This document shows positions 28,099 to 37,596 of a DNA stretch of 64,000 bases, in pieces (the stretch's first letter is position 1; each line of letters opens with the position of its first letter). The stretch comes from Candidatus Omnitrophota bacterium (GTDB lineage Bacteria > Omnitrophota > Gorgyraeia > Pluralincolimonadales > Pluralincolimonadaceae), in contig PLNR01000010.1 of NCBI GenBank assembly GCA_003141835.1, positions 3,768 through 67,767 of the forward strand, in the 5' to 3' direction. Made by a program: the position numbers and the translations under genes. The notes under the pieces were generated by a model that was given only the letters and a program-made list of their open reading frames with translations, did not search any database and was not told the DNA's origin.

Positions 28099-28968
28099 AT
28101 GCCGGACCGCGGATTACGGGAAAAAATACTAGACGCCCAGAAAAACGAGCTCACCGAGCATATCGTATACAAAAAGCTTGCCGCCGCCGTAAAAAATAAA
28201 GCGCAGGCCGAAGTCCTGGAGAAGATATCCCGCGAGGAGTTGGACCATTACGAGCTCTTCAAGGCTTTCACGAAGAAGGATGTCGACCCGAAGAATTTCA
28301 AGGTATTTATTTATGTGTTCATATCGAAAGTATTAGGATTGAACTTCGGGTTGAAGCTGATGGAAAACGGGGAATGCCTCGCCCAGGACGTCTATACCGG
28401 GTTAAAGACGGCCCTGCCCGGGATAGAAAAAACGATCGAAGATGAGCAGAAGCATGAGTCCGCGCTGCTTGCGCTGGTCAACGAAGACCGCCTGAAATAC
28501 GCAAGTTCTGTAGTCCTCGGCCTGAATGACGCTTTGATAGAATTCACGGCTAGCCTGGCCGGTTATACTTTGGCATTGCAGCACGCGAGGCTCATAGGTA
28601 TAGTGGGCCTGATAACGGGAATAGCCGCTTCCACCTCTATGGCCGCTTCGGAATACCTGTCGGTGAAGCATGAAGAAACAGGGAAAGAGCCCATTAAGGC
28701 CAGTATCTACACCGGGGTTGCATATGTCATAGTGGTAACGCTGATGGTTTTGCCGTATTTCCTGTTCGATAACGTCTTCATCAACCTGGGGCTGGTGGTC
28801 GCTGTTTCGCTTTTGGTAATATTAGTCTTCACTTTTTACATCTCGACGGCCAAGGGGCTTGATTTCAGGAAGAGGTTCCTGGAGATGGCCGGTTTAAGCC
28901 TTGCCACGGCCGCTCTGACGTTCCTTATCGGGCTTGCGATAAGAAAGATATTCGGTTTCGATGTTTAA
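28099..28968 (+). CDS. mbfA: Membrane-bound ferritin-like protein: erythrin (ferritin-like) domain fused to a VIT1/CCC1 iron-transporter domain (MbfA-like)
   Basis: N-terminal ExxH diiron-type helices (ELTEHIVY..., REELDHYELF). C-terminal VIT1-type TM bundle with acidic residues. Confidence 0.6.
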   Translation: MPDRGLREKILDAQKNELTEHIVYKKLAAAVKNKAQAEVLEKISREELDHYELFKAFTKKDVDPKNFKVFIYVFISKVLGLNFGLKLMENGECLAQDVYTGLKTALPGIEKTIEDEQKHESALLALVNEDRLKYASSVVLGLNDALIEFTASLAGYTLALQHARLIGIVGLITGIAASTSMAASEYLSVKHEETGKEPIKASIYTGVAYVIVVTLMVLPYFLFDNVFINLGLVVAVSLLVILVFTFYISTAKGLDFRKRFLEMAGLSLATAALTFLIGLAIRKIFGFDV

Positions 28969-28997
28969 TAAAATAGGAATATAAGGAGGTAACCTGT

Positions 28998-29618
28998 ATG
29001 TCATTGTTCCAGGGGGTCATCAGCGGCGGTTTTGTCATATTAATCCTTGTCGGCTGCTCTATCTTGTCGCTCGCGATAATAATAGAAAGGTGTTTTTATT
29101 ATAAAAGCAGGTCCAGGGTGAAAAGAAGGGATTTTATGGATGAGGTAAGCGCGGAATTGAAGAGGGACCGCCTCATGAACGCTTTGGATATCTGCGAGAA
29201 CACCAAGACCCCTTTCTCCAGCGTCGTCCACTCGGGGCTGAAGCTCTTCGGCCACAATGAATCCGTGATATCCAACGCCATGGAAAGGGAAGTCACGATA
29301 GAGACCACGAAATTGGAACAGTATACAAGTGTAGTCGGCACAATCGCGAGCACCGCGGTCTATATCGGCCTCTTCGGGACCGTCCTGGGTATAATAAGGG
29401 CCTTCCACGATATAGCCCAGAGCGCCGGGTCCGGCGGGATAAATGTAGTCATCAACGGCATAGCCGAAGCGCTGATATGCACGGCGGCCGGCCTCTGCGT
29501 GGCAGTCCCTGCGGTCATAGCGTATAATTATTTCATCAAGAGGATAGATAAGTTCGTCGTCGATATGGACCTGGTCGTTTCCGAGACCATGGACCTGATC
29601 GCCGCAAAACACAGATGA
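28998..29618 (+). CDS. exbB: MotA/TolQ/ExbB-family proton channel
   Basis: Three TM segments with the conserved pattern GLxGTVxGI...AxxxTAxGL. RBS AGGAGG. Confidence 0.8.
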   Translation: MSLFQGVISGGFVILILVGCSILSLAIIIERCFYYKSRSRVKRRDFMDEVSAELKRDRLMNALDICENTKTPFSSVVHSGLKLFGHNESVISNAMEREVTIETTKLEQYTSVVGTIASTAVYIGLFGTVLGIIRAFHDIAQSAGSGGINVVINGIAEALICTAAGLCVAVPAVIAYNYFIKRIDKFVVDMDLVVSETMDLIAAKHR

Positions 29619-30040
29619 AAAGAGAATCCAGGAGACAAAGGCTGGTCGCGGAAATAAACATAACGCCGTTCACCGACGTTATCCTTGTCCTGCTGGTCAT
29701 ATTCATGATAGCGACCCCGCTCATATCCCAGACGAGCCTTAAGATAAGGCTGCCTGAGGCCAAGAGCGGGCAGCCGCTTGAGGCCCCGAAAAAAGCGCAG
29801 GTTTATGTCACGATAATGAAAGACGGCTCGACCTATCTTGATAAGGACCAAGTGACGAAGAAGGAATTAAGGGCCAAGATCAACGCCCTGCACGGCAGCA
29901 ATCCCGACTTAAGCGTAATCGTCCATTCAGACAGGATGACGCCTTTCAAGGATGTGGTCAGCGTCCTCGACGTCCTGAACGAACTGGGAGTGAACAGGCT
30001 GAGCATAGGGGCGATGACCGAGAGGGAGATCAACAAGTAA
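29615..30040 (+). CDS. exbD: ExbD/TolR-family biopolymer transport protein
   Basis: INITPFTDVILVLLVIFM single N-terminal TM. 141 aa. ATGA coupling to exbB. Confidence 0.8.
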   Translation: MKRESRRQRLVAEINITPFTDVILVLLVIFMIATPLISQTSLKIRLPEAKSGQPLEAPKKAQVYVTIMKDGSTYLDKDQVTKKELRAKINALHGSNPDLSVIVHSDRMTPFKDVVSVLDVLNELGVNRLSIGAMTEREINK

Positions 30041-30080
30041 AATAGCCCATTCCCAAAAGATAATATCGAAAGGGGGCGGA

Positions 30081-30704
30081 ATGAAAAAATTACTGCACAT
30101 AATAGCGACGCCGAGAGGGGAAGAATCCAGGACATTGGCGGTGACCGGCGCCTTTCTCGAGGCCTTCAGGAAGGGCCATCCCGACTGGGCAGTCGAGGAG
30201 TTCGATCTTTCAAAGGAAGACCTGCCCTCGCTTACGGTAAAGAGGGTAGACGGCAAATATGTCCTCTTGTCAGGCAAAGACCTCTCCGGAGACCTGAAAG
30301 CTGCATGGGAAGAGATCGTAAAGCATATAGAAAGGTTCCTGTCGGCAGACGGTTACCTGATAAGCACGCCGATGTGGAATTTCAGCGTCCCGTACACGCT
30401 CAAGCATTATATAGACGTCATAATCCAGCCGAAGTACATGTTCCGTTATACGGCGACCGGGGCAGAGGGGCTCGTGAAGGGCAAAAAAATGGTCATCGTA
30501 GCCAGCCGCGGCGGTGATTACAGCTCTAAGGAAACCCGCGCTGCCGACTTCCAGGAGCCTTACCTGCGCGCGATATTCGGCCTTGTGGGCATCACCGACA
30601 TTTCTTTTGTCGTTGCCCAGCCCATGGACATGGGGCCCGACCTGCAGAAGCAAAAGATAGGCGAAGCCCAGCAGGCCGCCAGGCTTGCGGCCGGCAAATT
30701 CTGA
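30081..30704 (+). CDS. azoR: FMN-dependent NADH-azoreductase / quinone reductase (AzoR family)
   Basis: Collinear with E. coli AzoR by eye: PMWNFSVPYTLKHYIDVI and GKKMVIVASRGG. Confidence 0.8.
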   Translation: MKKLLHIIATPRGEESRTLAVTGAFLEAFRKGHPDWAVEEFDLSKEDLPSLTVKRVDGKYVLLSGKDLSGDLKAAWEEIVKHIERFLSADGYLISTPMWNFSVPYTLKHYIDVIIQPKYMFRYTATGAEGLVKGKKMVIVASRGGDYSSKETRAADFQEPYLRAIFGLVGITDISFVVAQPMDMGPDLQKQKIGEAQQAARLAAGKF

Positions 30705-30718
30705 CAAGGGAGAAGATA

Positions 30719-32446
30719 TTGCGGGATGAACTGACTATAAAGATCGCCGGGGACGCGGGCCAGGGAATGCAGACGGTAAGTACGGTCCTGGCCAAGGCAT
30801 TCAAGAAAGCCGGCCTGCATATATTTGTTAACCAGGATTTCATGTCGAGGATACGCGGCGGCAACAACTTTTCCCAGTTAAGGGTCGCGGCAAAGCCAGT
30901 TTTTGCCCCGAGGGAGAGGACTGATATCATCGTATCCCTTGACAAGGAAAGCGCAAGCCTTCATAGCGCTTCCGTCGCAAACGAAGGCATAATGATCCTG
31001 GACAGGCAAAAGACCGGGATAACCGGTAACGAGCCGTCATATTTTGACGTCCCGTTTTACGACATGGCGAAGAAGGCCGGCGGCAGCGAGCTCTACGCCA
31101 ATTCCGCGGCAAGCGGCATCCTTGCCGGGATAACGCGCCTCGATTTCCGCCATGTTGAAGAAGCGTTGAAAGAGACGTTCGGCGACAAGTCTGCGGACGT
31201 GATAAAGATAAATATAGACGCGGCTCGCCTGGGATATGACTTCGCGAAGGATAATTTCAAGCCGGATATGTTCGCGATCAAAGAAAGCGGACCGAACGGC
31301 AATTTGTTGATGAACGGCAACGACGCGATCGCGCTTGGCGCCATAAGGGCCGGCTGCAAATTTTATTCCGCGTACCCGATGTCCCCTTCCACTAGCATAA
31401 TGGAGAATATAAGCCGTTACGCGAAGGATTTCGGCATCATCGTCGAACAGGCCGAGGACGAGATCGCGGCGATAAACATGATAATAGGGGCTTCGTTCGC
31501 CGGCGTACGTTCGATGTGCGCCACATCCGGCGGCGGGTTCGCCCTGATGGCCGAAGGGCTAAGCCTTGCCGGTATGCTGGAGACGCCTATTGTCGCGGTT
31601 GACGCGCAGAGGCCGGCTCCGGCGACCGGATTCCCGACCCGCACGGAGCAGGCCGACCTCGATTTTATCATCCATGCGGGCCACGGCGAATTCGCGAGGG
31701 CGGTATTTGCCCCGGGGACGGCAGAGCAGGCTTTTTACCTTACCGTAAAGGCGTTCAACCTCGCGGAAAAATTCCAGGTGCCGGTCATTATCCTGACCGA
31801 CCAGCATCTCGCCGATTCTTCGCGCGATATAGGGGCCTTCGACCTGGGTAATGCCAGGGTGGAGCGCCATATCATCTCGAAAGAGGACTCGAAGAAGGTC
31901 GCAGGATACAAACGCTACCAGATCACTAAGACGGGCATTTCGCCTATGGCAGTGCCTTCATGGATAGACGACGTGATCTACGCGGACAGCGACGAACATA
32001 CCGAAGAGGGGCACATCACCGAGGACGCGCATATAAGGGTCTCGATGGTGGAAAAGCGGTTATATAAGAAGATGGAACTTCTCTCGCAGGAGATCGAAGA
32101 GCCGGCCAGGTTCAATATTGAAAGCGCCGATACTATACTGGTCGGGTTCGGCTCGACTTACGGGGTCATGAAAGAGGCCTGCGACGCGATCCCGCGCGGG
32201 AAAACCGGATTTGTGCACCTTTCGCAGGTGTGGCCGTTCCCTTCGAGGCAATTGGCCGCGTTATTGAAAGGAAATAAGAAGATCCTCACGGTAGAGAACA
32301 ACGCCGGCGCGCAACTCGCCGGCCTCATCCGCCGTTTTACCGGCATCGAGGCCGACGGTTCGATATTGAAATATGACGGGCGGCCCTTTGATGTCGATTT
32401 CCTCGTAGAGAGGGTCTCGGAGGTCACAAGCCATGGCAGACGTTAA
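30719..32446 (+). CDS. 2-oxoacid:ferredoxin oxidoreductase, fused gamma-alpha subunit
   Basis: N-terminal gamma-type domain (IAGDAGQGMQ) followed by an alpha domain. TTG start with an AAGGGAGAAG RBS. Confidence 0.8.
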   Translation: MRDELTIKIAGDAGQGMQTVSTVLAKAFKKAGLHIFVNQDFMSRIRGGNNFSQLRVAAKPVFAPRERTDIIVSLDKESASLHSASVANEGIMILDRQKTGITGNEPSYFDVPFYDMAKKAGGSELYANSAASGILAGITRLDFRHVEEALKETFGDKSADVIKINIDAARLGYDFAKDNFKPDMFAIKESGPNGNLLMNGNDAIALGAIRAGCKFYSAYPMSPSTSIMENISRYAKDFGIIVEQAEDEIAAINMIIGASFAGVRSMCATSGGGFALMAEGLSLAGMLETPIVAVDAQRPAPATGFPTRTEQADLDFIIHAGHGEFARAVFAPGTAEQAFYLTVKAFNLAEKFQVPVIILTDQHLADSSRDIGAFDLGNARVERHIISKEDSKKVAGYKRYQITKTGISPMAVPSWIDDVIYADSDEHTEEGHITEDAHIRVSMVEKRLYKKMELLSQEIEEPARFNIESADTILVGFGSTYGVMKEACDAIPRGKTGFVHLSQVWPFPSRQLAALLKGNKKILTVENNAGAQLAGLIRRFTGIEADGSILKYDGRPFDVDFLVERVSEVTSHGRR

Positions 32447-33293
32447 AGATTTCATGAGCAATGATCCGATAGCATGGTGCCCGGGATGCGGGGATTACGG
32501 CATCCTGAACGCATTGAAAGCGGCGCTAGTAAAACTGGGGCGGAAACCCAAGGATATAGTCATTGCCTCGGGGATAGGTCAGGCCGCTAAATTGCCGCAT
32601 TATATAAAATGCAATTGCATAAACGGGCTCCACGGAAGGTCCCTCTCATACGCGGCCGCGGTCAAGATCGTCAATCGTGAATTGACCGTCATCGTCACCA
32701 CAGGCGACGGCGATTGCTACGGCGAAGGCGGTAACCATTTCATACACAATATCAGGCGCAATACGGATATTACCGTGATAGTCCACAATAACCAGATCTA
32801 CGGCCTCACCAAGGGACAGGCCTCGCCCACGACCGATGAGGGTTATGTCACTAAGGTGCAGCCCCAGGGAGTGATCTTGGAGCCGATCCGCGCGCTGGAG
32901 ATGGCGATAGCCCTCGGCGCGGGTTTTGTGGGCCGCGGTTATTCCGCGAATATGGAACATCTTTCATGGTTGATCGTCGAAGCGATCAATCACAAGGGGT
33001 TCTCACTCGTAGAGGTATTGCAGCCGTGCGTCTCGTTCAACAAAAAAAATACCCACGAATGGTATTCGAAGAGGGTATATAAGGTCAACGACGACCCGGC
33101 ATACGATCCCGGGAATTTTGCCGCGGCGTTCCAGAAGGCCTCGGAATGGGGCGACAGGATCCCGACAGGCATAATATACAGGACCGAGAAACCTTCATAC
33201 GGGGAGAAGAGCGGCCTCGATAAAATGCCGCCGCTGGTCGACAGCAAGATAGACGATATCGACATAACAAGCATTTTAAAAGAATACGCATAA
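32433..33293 (+). CDS. 2-oxoacid:ferredoxin oxidoreductase beta subunit (TPP-binding)
   Basis: WCPGCGDYGI motif and TPP-binding GDG...N region. Overlaps the alpha subunit 3' end. Confidence 0.8.
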   Translation: MADVKDFMSNDPIAWCPGCGDYGILNALKAALVKLGRKPKDIVIASGIGQAAKLPHYIKCNCINGLHGRSLSYAAAVKIVNRELTVIVTTGDGDCYGEGGNHFIHNIRRNTDITVIVHNNQIYGLTKGQASPTTDEGYVTKVQPQGVILEPIRALEMAIALGAGFVGRGYSANMEHLSWLIVEAINHKGFSLVEVLQPCVSFNKKNTHEWYSKRVYKVNDDPAYDPGNFAAAFQKASEWGDRIPTGIIYRTEKPSYGEKSGLDKMPPLVDSKIDDIDITSILKEYA

Positions 33294-33327
33294 ATTAACC
33301 GTACTGCCCGAAAAATAGGAGGGACCG

Positions 33328-33723
33328 ATGGCACAGTTAAAGGAACTTTTTCAGGACGCGGACTGGAAGGCTGAGAAGCACGTGCCGGTAATAGAAGCGC
33401 CGGTTAAGGCCAAAAAACAGGAACCTATCCCGGTCACAGTGACCGTGGGGAAAGAGATACCCCATCCGAACACTACCGAGCACCATATCCGCTGGATAGA
33501 GGTATATTTCCAGCCTAAGGGCGAGAAATTCCCTTACCAGGTAGGCCGGTTCGAGTTCACCGCCCACGGCGAATCTGTCCAGGGGATGAATACGAGCACT
33601 GTATACACACAGCCCTCGGTCAAGCTGAGTTTCAGGACGGAAAAGCCCGGGACCATCCTCGCTTCCTCTTATTGCAACATACACGGCCTGTGGGAAAACT
33701 CCCAGGAATTGGACGTAGAATGA
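33328..33723 (+). CDS. Superoxide reductase (1Fe-SOR / neelaredoxin type)
   Basis: AEKHVPVIE and CNIHGLW iron-ligand motifs. 131 aa. RBS AGGAGGG. Confidence 0.8.
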   Translation: MAQLKELFQDADWKAEKHVPVIEAPVKAKKQEPIPVTVTVGKEIPHPNTTEHHIRWIEVYFQPKGEKFPYQVGRFEFTAHGESVQGMNTSTVYTQPSVKLSFRTEKPGTILASSYCNIHGLWENSQELDVE

Positions 33724-34550
33724 CGATGAGGACCGTGACTTTTAAAGGAACCCCGGTAACCCTGGTCGGAAGGGCCTTGAAGATCGACGCCGCGGCGCCG
33801 AATTTCCGGCTGACTTCGGGCAGCCTGGAAGAGGTCAGGCTGGGGAATTTCAAGGGAAAGACGAAGGTGATAACTTCTTTCCCTTCGATAGACACTCCCG
33901 TTTGCGACCTGCAGGTGAAGGAATTCAACAAACGCGCCGCCGGGCTTTCCCGGGACGCGGTCATCATAGGGGTAAGCAAGGACCTGCCCTTCGCGCAGAA
34001 GAGGTTCTGCGAATCCTTCGACATAAACGATATAACCCTATTGTCGGACTATAAGACCTCGTCTTTCGGGATAAATTACGGGCTTTTGATAAAAGAGATG
34101 AACTTGTTGGCAAGATCCATAACAATATTGGATAAAAATGATATCATAAGATACATCCAAATAGTGCCCGAATTGGCCACTCCCCCGGATTATCGAGCGG
34201 CCCTGACTGAGCTAGATTTGATTTTAAAAAGTCAAGCCGCGAAGACCCCGTCCGGTGACGGGGTGATGCTAGCGCCAAAAGAGAAAGCGGATAAGCTGGC
34301 AGCCATGCATAGCGGCTGGCAGCTGGTCGAAGATAAAAAAATAGAGAAGGAGTTTAAATTCAAGGATTTTATCGAGGCAAAATATTTTCTCGACCTTATA
34401 AGCGTCATCGCCGAAGAGGAAGGCCATCATCCAAGCATGACATTGGCCTATAATAAACTGAAAGTCACGCTAACGACCCACGCGGCCGGCGGGCTGACCG
34501 AAAACGATTTTATCATGGCCGGCCATATAGATAGCCTTGGGATGGGTTAA
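33720..34550 (+). CDS. Fusion protein: thiol peroxidase (Tpx, atypical 2-Cys peroxiredoxin) plus C-terminal pterin-4a-carbinolamine dehydratase (PCD/DCoH) domain
   Basis: N-terminal 165 aa are collinear with E. coli Tpx ([20 protein letters not shown]). The C-terminal 95 aa carry the PCD signature [23 protein letters not shown]. The ATG at 33720 overlaps the SOR stop (ATGA). Confidence 0.75.
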   Translation: MTMRTVTFKGTPVTLVGRALKIDAAAPNFRLTSGSLEEVRLGNFKGKTKVITSFPSIDTPVCDLQVKEFNKRAAGLSRDAVIIGVSKDLPFAQKRFCESFDINDITLLSDYKTSSFGINYGLLIKEMNLLARSITILDKNDIIRYIQIVPELATPPDYRAALTELDLILKSQAAKTPSGDGVMLAPKEKADKLAAMHSGWQLVEDKKIEKEFKFKDFIEAKYFLDLISVIAEEEGHHPSMTLAYNKLKVTLTTHAAGGLTENDFIMAGHIDSLGMG

Positions 34551-34551
34551 C

Positions 34552-35616
34552 ATGGAGAAACTAGCCCTGGTTACCGGTTCGGCCGGCCTGGTAGGTTCAG
34601 AATGCGTCAAATTTTTTTCCGGGAAGGGTTTCAGCGTCATCGGCGTCGACAACAATATGAGGAAGACCTTCTTCGGCGACGCCGCTTCGGTGGAATGGAA
34701 CAAGGACCTTCTCCTAAAGACAGCCCCGGATTACGTCCACTATGACTTCGATATACGGGATAAAGCGGCTATCGAAGGTCTTTTTATAAAATATAAGTTC
34801 GACCTGATAATCCATGCCGCGGCGCAACCCTCGCATGACTGGGCCGCGAAAGAACCTTCCACGGATTTCGACATCAATGCCGGCGGGACGCAGACGATGC
34901 TGGAGAATTTCAGGCTGCATGCCCCCGAAGCGGTCTTCATATTCCTTTCCACGAATAAAGTCTACGGAGACAATCCCAACAGGCTCCCCTTAGTCGAGCT
35001 CGAAAAAAGGTTCGAACTTCCGGAGGGCCACAAGTTTTACGGCGGGATAGACGAATCGTTCAGCATTGATAACTGCCTCCACAGCCTTTTCGGCGCCTCA
35101 AAAGCCGCCGCAGACCTGCTCGTCCAGGAATACGGCAGGTATTTCGGCCTCAAGACCGCGGCGTTCAGGTGCGGATGCATAACAGGGCCGTACCATTCCG
35201 GGGCCGAGCTGCACGGTTTCTTGTCGTACCTGGTGAAATGCTGCATCTCCGGGAAGAAATACACTATCTTCGGATATAAAGGAAAACAGGTGCGCGATAA
35301 CATCCATTCCCGCGACCTCGTTGAGGCGTTCTACAGGTTCTATCTCAAGCCCCGCCCGGGAGAGGTCTATAACATGGGAGGGGGCAGGGACGCAAGCGTC
35401 TCGGTCCTTGAGGCGATAGGGCTTTGCGAGGCGGTCACCGGCAGGAAGATGTCCTATGAGTACGCCGACCGCAACAGGATAGGCGACCATATCTGGTGGA
35501 TATCCGGCCTCTCGAAATTCAAGTCGCATTATCCCGGGTGGAAGATCTCCTATGATGCCCGCGGCCTCATCGAGGATATATTCGTCCAGCAAGAAAAATT
35601 AACCGGAAATAAATGA
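34552..35616 (+). CDS. NAD-dependent epimerase/dehydratase (extended SDR) for nucleotide-sugar metabolism
   Basis: GSAGLVGSE Rossmann motif. YxxxK (ASKAAAD region). 355 aa. Confidence 0.75.
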   Translation: MEKLALVTGSAGLVGSECVKFFSGKGFSVIGVDNNMRKTFFGDAASVEWNKDLLLKTAPDYVHYDFDIRDKAAIEGLFIKYKFDLIIHAAAQPSHDWAAKEPSTDFDINAGGTQTMLENFRLHAPEAVFIFLSTNKVYGDNPNRLPLVELEKRFELPEGHKFYGGIDESFSIDNCLHSLFGASKAAADLLVQEYGRYFGLKTAAFRCGCITGPYHSGAELHGFLSYLVKCCISGKKYTIFGYKGKQVRDNIHSRDLVEAFYRFYLKPRPGEVYNMGGGRDASVSVLEAIGLCEAVTGRKMSYEYADRNRIGDHIWWISGLSKFKSHYPGWKISYDARGLIEDIFVQQEKLTGNK

Positions 35617-36875
35617 AAAGATCCGCGACCTTCAATATTTTTTTCTGGACGGCCGTCTCCATTGCCGTCATAGCTACGGGCATCTCCCTTTCCATGAGGG
35701 GCGGCAGGGACCTTAAGGTGGGGTTGTACGGGGTCGACCAGGTGCTGCACGGCAAGTCGCCGTATGATAACATCTCCGACGCGAACCGCCCGCTCTTCCG
35801 TTACGCCCCCGGCATGACGATCATCCAATATCCTTTTATGCTGAAAAGCAAGATAGTCGAACCGTCGCCCACAGAGCCTTTGGATTTCAAAGGCATGCTG
35901 CCTTCCGTATTCGCCTGGTACCTGGCCGAACTGATCGCGGTAGCGCTTAGCGGATTGATGTTACTCCGGCTTATCCCGCCCAGGACCAAAGAAGAGGGGA
36001 TGCGGAACCTTAAGATAAGCCTGCTTCTGGCTTTTCCTTTCCTGCTCTATGAATTATCCAACAGCCAGAACAAGCTCGTCGCCCTGTTCTTCCTGCTGAC
36101 AGCCCTTTTATTGTTCAAGGAAAAAAGGTCGTTCTTTTCGGCCGTCTATTTCTGCCTCGCCTTGACCGTATACAGCCCGTTACTGGTCTTTATCCTGTAT
36201 TTTATGATAAAAAGCAGGGGGAGATACATCTTCAGCTTCATCGCCGGGGTCTTCATCGTTTTTTTCCTCGTCCCTTCCGCGGTATTCGGGATAGGGTTCA
36301 ATAACTTCCTGCTGAAAGAATGGTTCGACCGCGCCATCAAACCGTTCTCTGCCGCCGGTTCTTACGCGGCCTACCTCGACCTCAGGGTCAGCAACCAGTC
36401 GCTGCCCGGAGCCATAGGGAGGCTGCTTGCGCCGGGAGGGACCACGAATTTCCATTACATTATTTCACCGGAATCGATCCACCTGGTCATTAGGGTGCTC
36501 TCTGTGGCGATCGTCCTGTTATCGTGTTTCGTAGTCTGGAAGACTACGGTCTGGAAGAGTGCAGTCTGGAGAGGTCCGAAAGATTCCCGGGCCGGCCTCG
36601 CGTATCCGGTCTTTTTGATGCTCGCGCTCTTGCTTCCGCAATATTGCATTTATTATACCTGGGCGTGGACGTTCGTCTTTTATTTTGCCGCGCTCGATTA
36701 TGCCGGCCGCGCCGATCTCCCGCCCGCCGGCAAGAGGTTATTACTCACGGCCTCAGCGATCTTATTCATTTCAACCTGCCTGGTATTCATACCTGCCTTA
36801 AAGGTTATTTCCGTTATTTCGTGGTCTACGTTGTTCTTGTGGGCGGCCATGGTGAAGGTTTCATATGAAAAATAA
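35613..36875 (+). CDS. Polytopic membrane protein, GT-C-like glycosyltransferase candidate (DUF2029/GT87-like)
   Basis: At least 10 predicted TM helices. Translationally coupled between the epimerase and a GT2 polyprenol-phosphate sugar synthase. Confidence 0.4.
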   Translation: MKRSATFNIFFWTAVSIAVIATGISLSMRGGRDLKVGLYGVDQVLHGKSPYDNISDANRPLFRYAPGMTIIQYPFMLKSKIVEPSPTEPLDFKGMLPSVFAWYLAELIAVALSGLMLLRLIPPRTKEEGMRNLKISLLLAFPFLLYELSNSQNKLVALFFLLTALLLFKEKRSFFSAVYFCLALTVYSPLLVFILYFMIKSRGRYIFSFIAGVFIVFFLVPSAVFGIGFNNFLLKEWFDRAIKPFSAAGSYAAYLDLRVSNQSLPGAIGRLLAPGGTTNFHYIISPESIHLVIRVLSVAIVLLSCFVVWKTTVWKSAVWRGPKDSRAGLAYPVFLMLALLLPQYCIYYTWAWTFVFYFAALDYAGRADLPPAGKRLLLTASAILFISTCLVFIPALKVISVISWSTLFLWAAMVKVSYEK

Positions 36876-37596
36876 TCTCTCGGCCGTTTTGATAGCCCAT
36901 AACGAAGAAGGGAATATCGGCAGGATGATAGAAGGCCTGCTGGAAAATTATCACGATGAGCTCCTCGAGATCATCGTGGTCAGCGATTCCAGCACCGACA
37001 GGACATCGGATATCGTCCGGAAATGGATGGCCCGCGACAACAAGGTCAGGCTTATAGAGAAAGGCAAACCGAGCGGGGCAGGGCTCGCCTTGAGGGCGGG
37101 TTTTAAGAACGTCAGCCCCAAGGCGGATTATGTCCTGACGATGGATTCGGATTTTACGGAGAATATAAAAGAGGTCCGCTCGCTTATCGGGGCCGCGGAA
37201 AGGGAAGGGTTTGACGGGGCGATAGGCTCGCGTTATATGGAAGGCGGGAAGCTCGTCAACTATCCGCTCATGAAGAAGATAATGAACCGCGGATTCCATT
37301 TTATCGTCAAGGCGCTCTTCCGCATAAAACAGGAAGACCTTACCAATAATTTCAAGCTTTATAAAGCCGGGATAATCAGGACACTCCCGTGGGAGAGCGA
37401 CGATTTCGCGATAAACGCCGAGACAGGCATATTCCCGATCGTGGCCGGATATAATATCGCCGAAGTCCCCGTATCGTGGATACAGAGGGGGGAGGGGCAA
37501 GGCAAATCAAAGTTCCGCCTCTTCAAGGTGGGCAGGAGTTACATTAAAGTGATCGGGCGCGCCTGGGCGCTTTCACGAGGGAAAAAGACTTCCTGA
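36865..37596 (+). CDS. GT2 family glycosyltransferase, dolichol/polyprenol-phosphate mannose (or glucose) synthase-like
   Basis: AVLIAHNEEGNI, DSDFTEN (DxD) and GSRY motifs. Confidence 0.75.
   Translation: MKNNLSAVLIAHNEEGNIGRMIEGLLENYHDELLEIIVVSDSSTDRTSDIVRKWMARDNKVRLIEKGKPSGAGLALRAGFKNVSPKADYVLTMDSDFTENIKEVRSLIGAAEREGFDGAIGSRYMEGGKLVNYPLMKKIMNRGFHFIVKALFRIKQEDLTNNFKLYKAGIIRTLPWESDDFAINAETGIFPIVAGYNIAEVPVSWIQRGEGQGKSKFRLFKVGRSYIKVIGRAWALSRGKKTS

Noticed and set aside
36826-37500. 224-aa minus-strand ORF
   Set aside because: Antisense to the GT2 glycosyltransferase, which has DxD and other family motifs.
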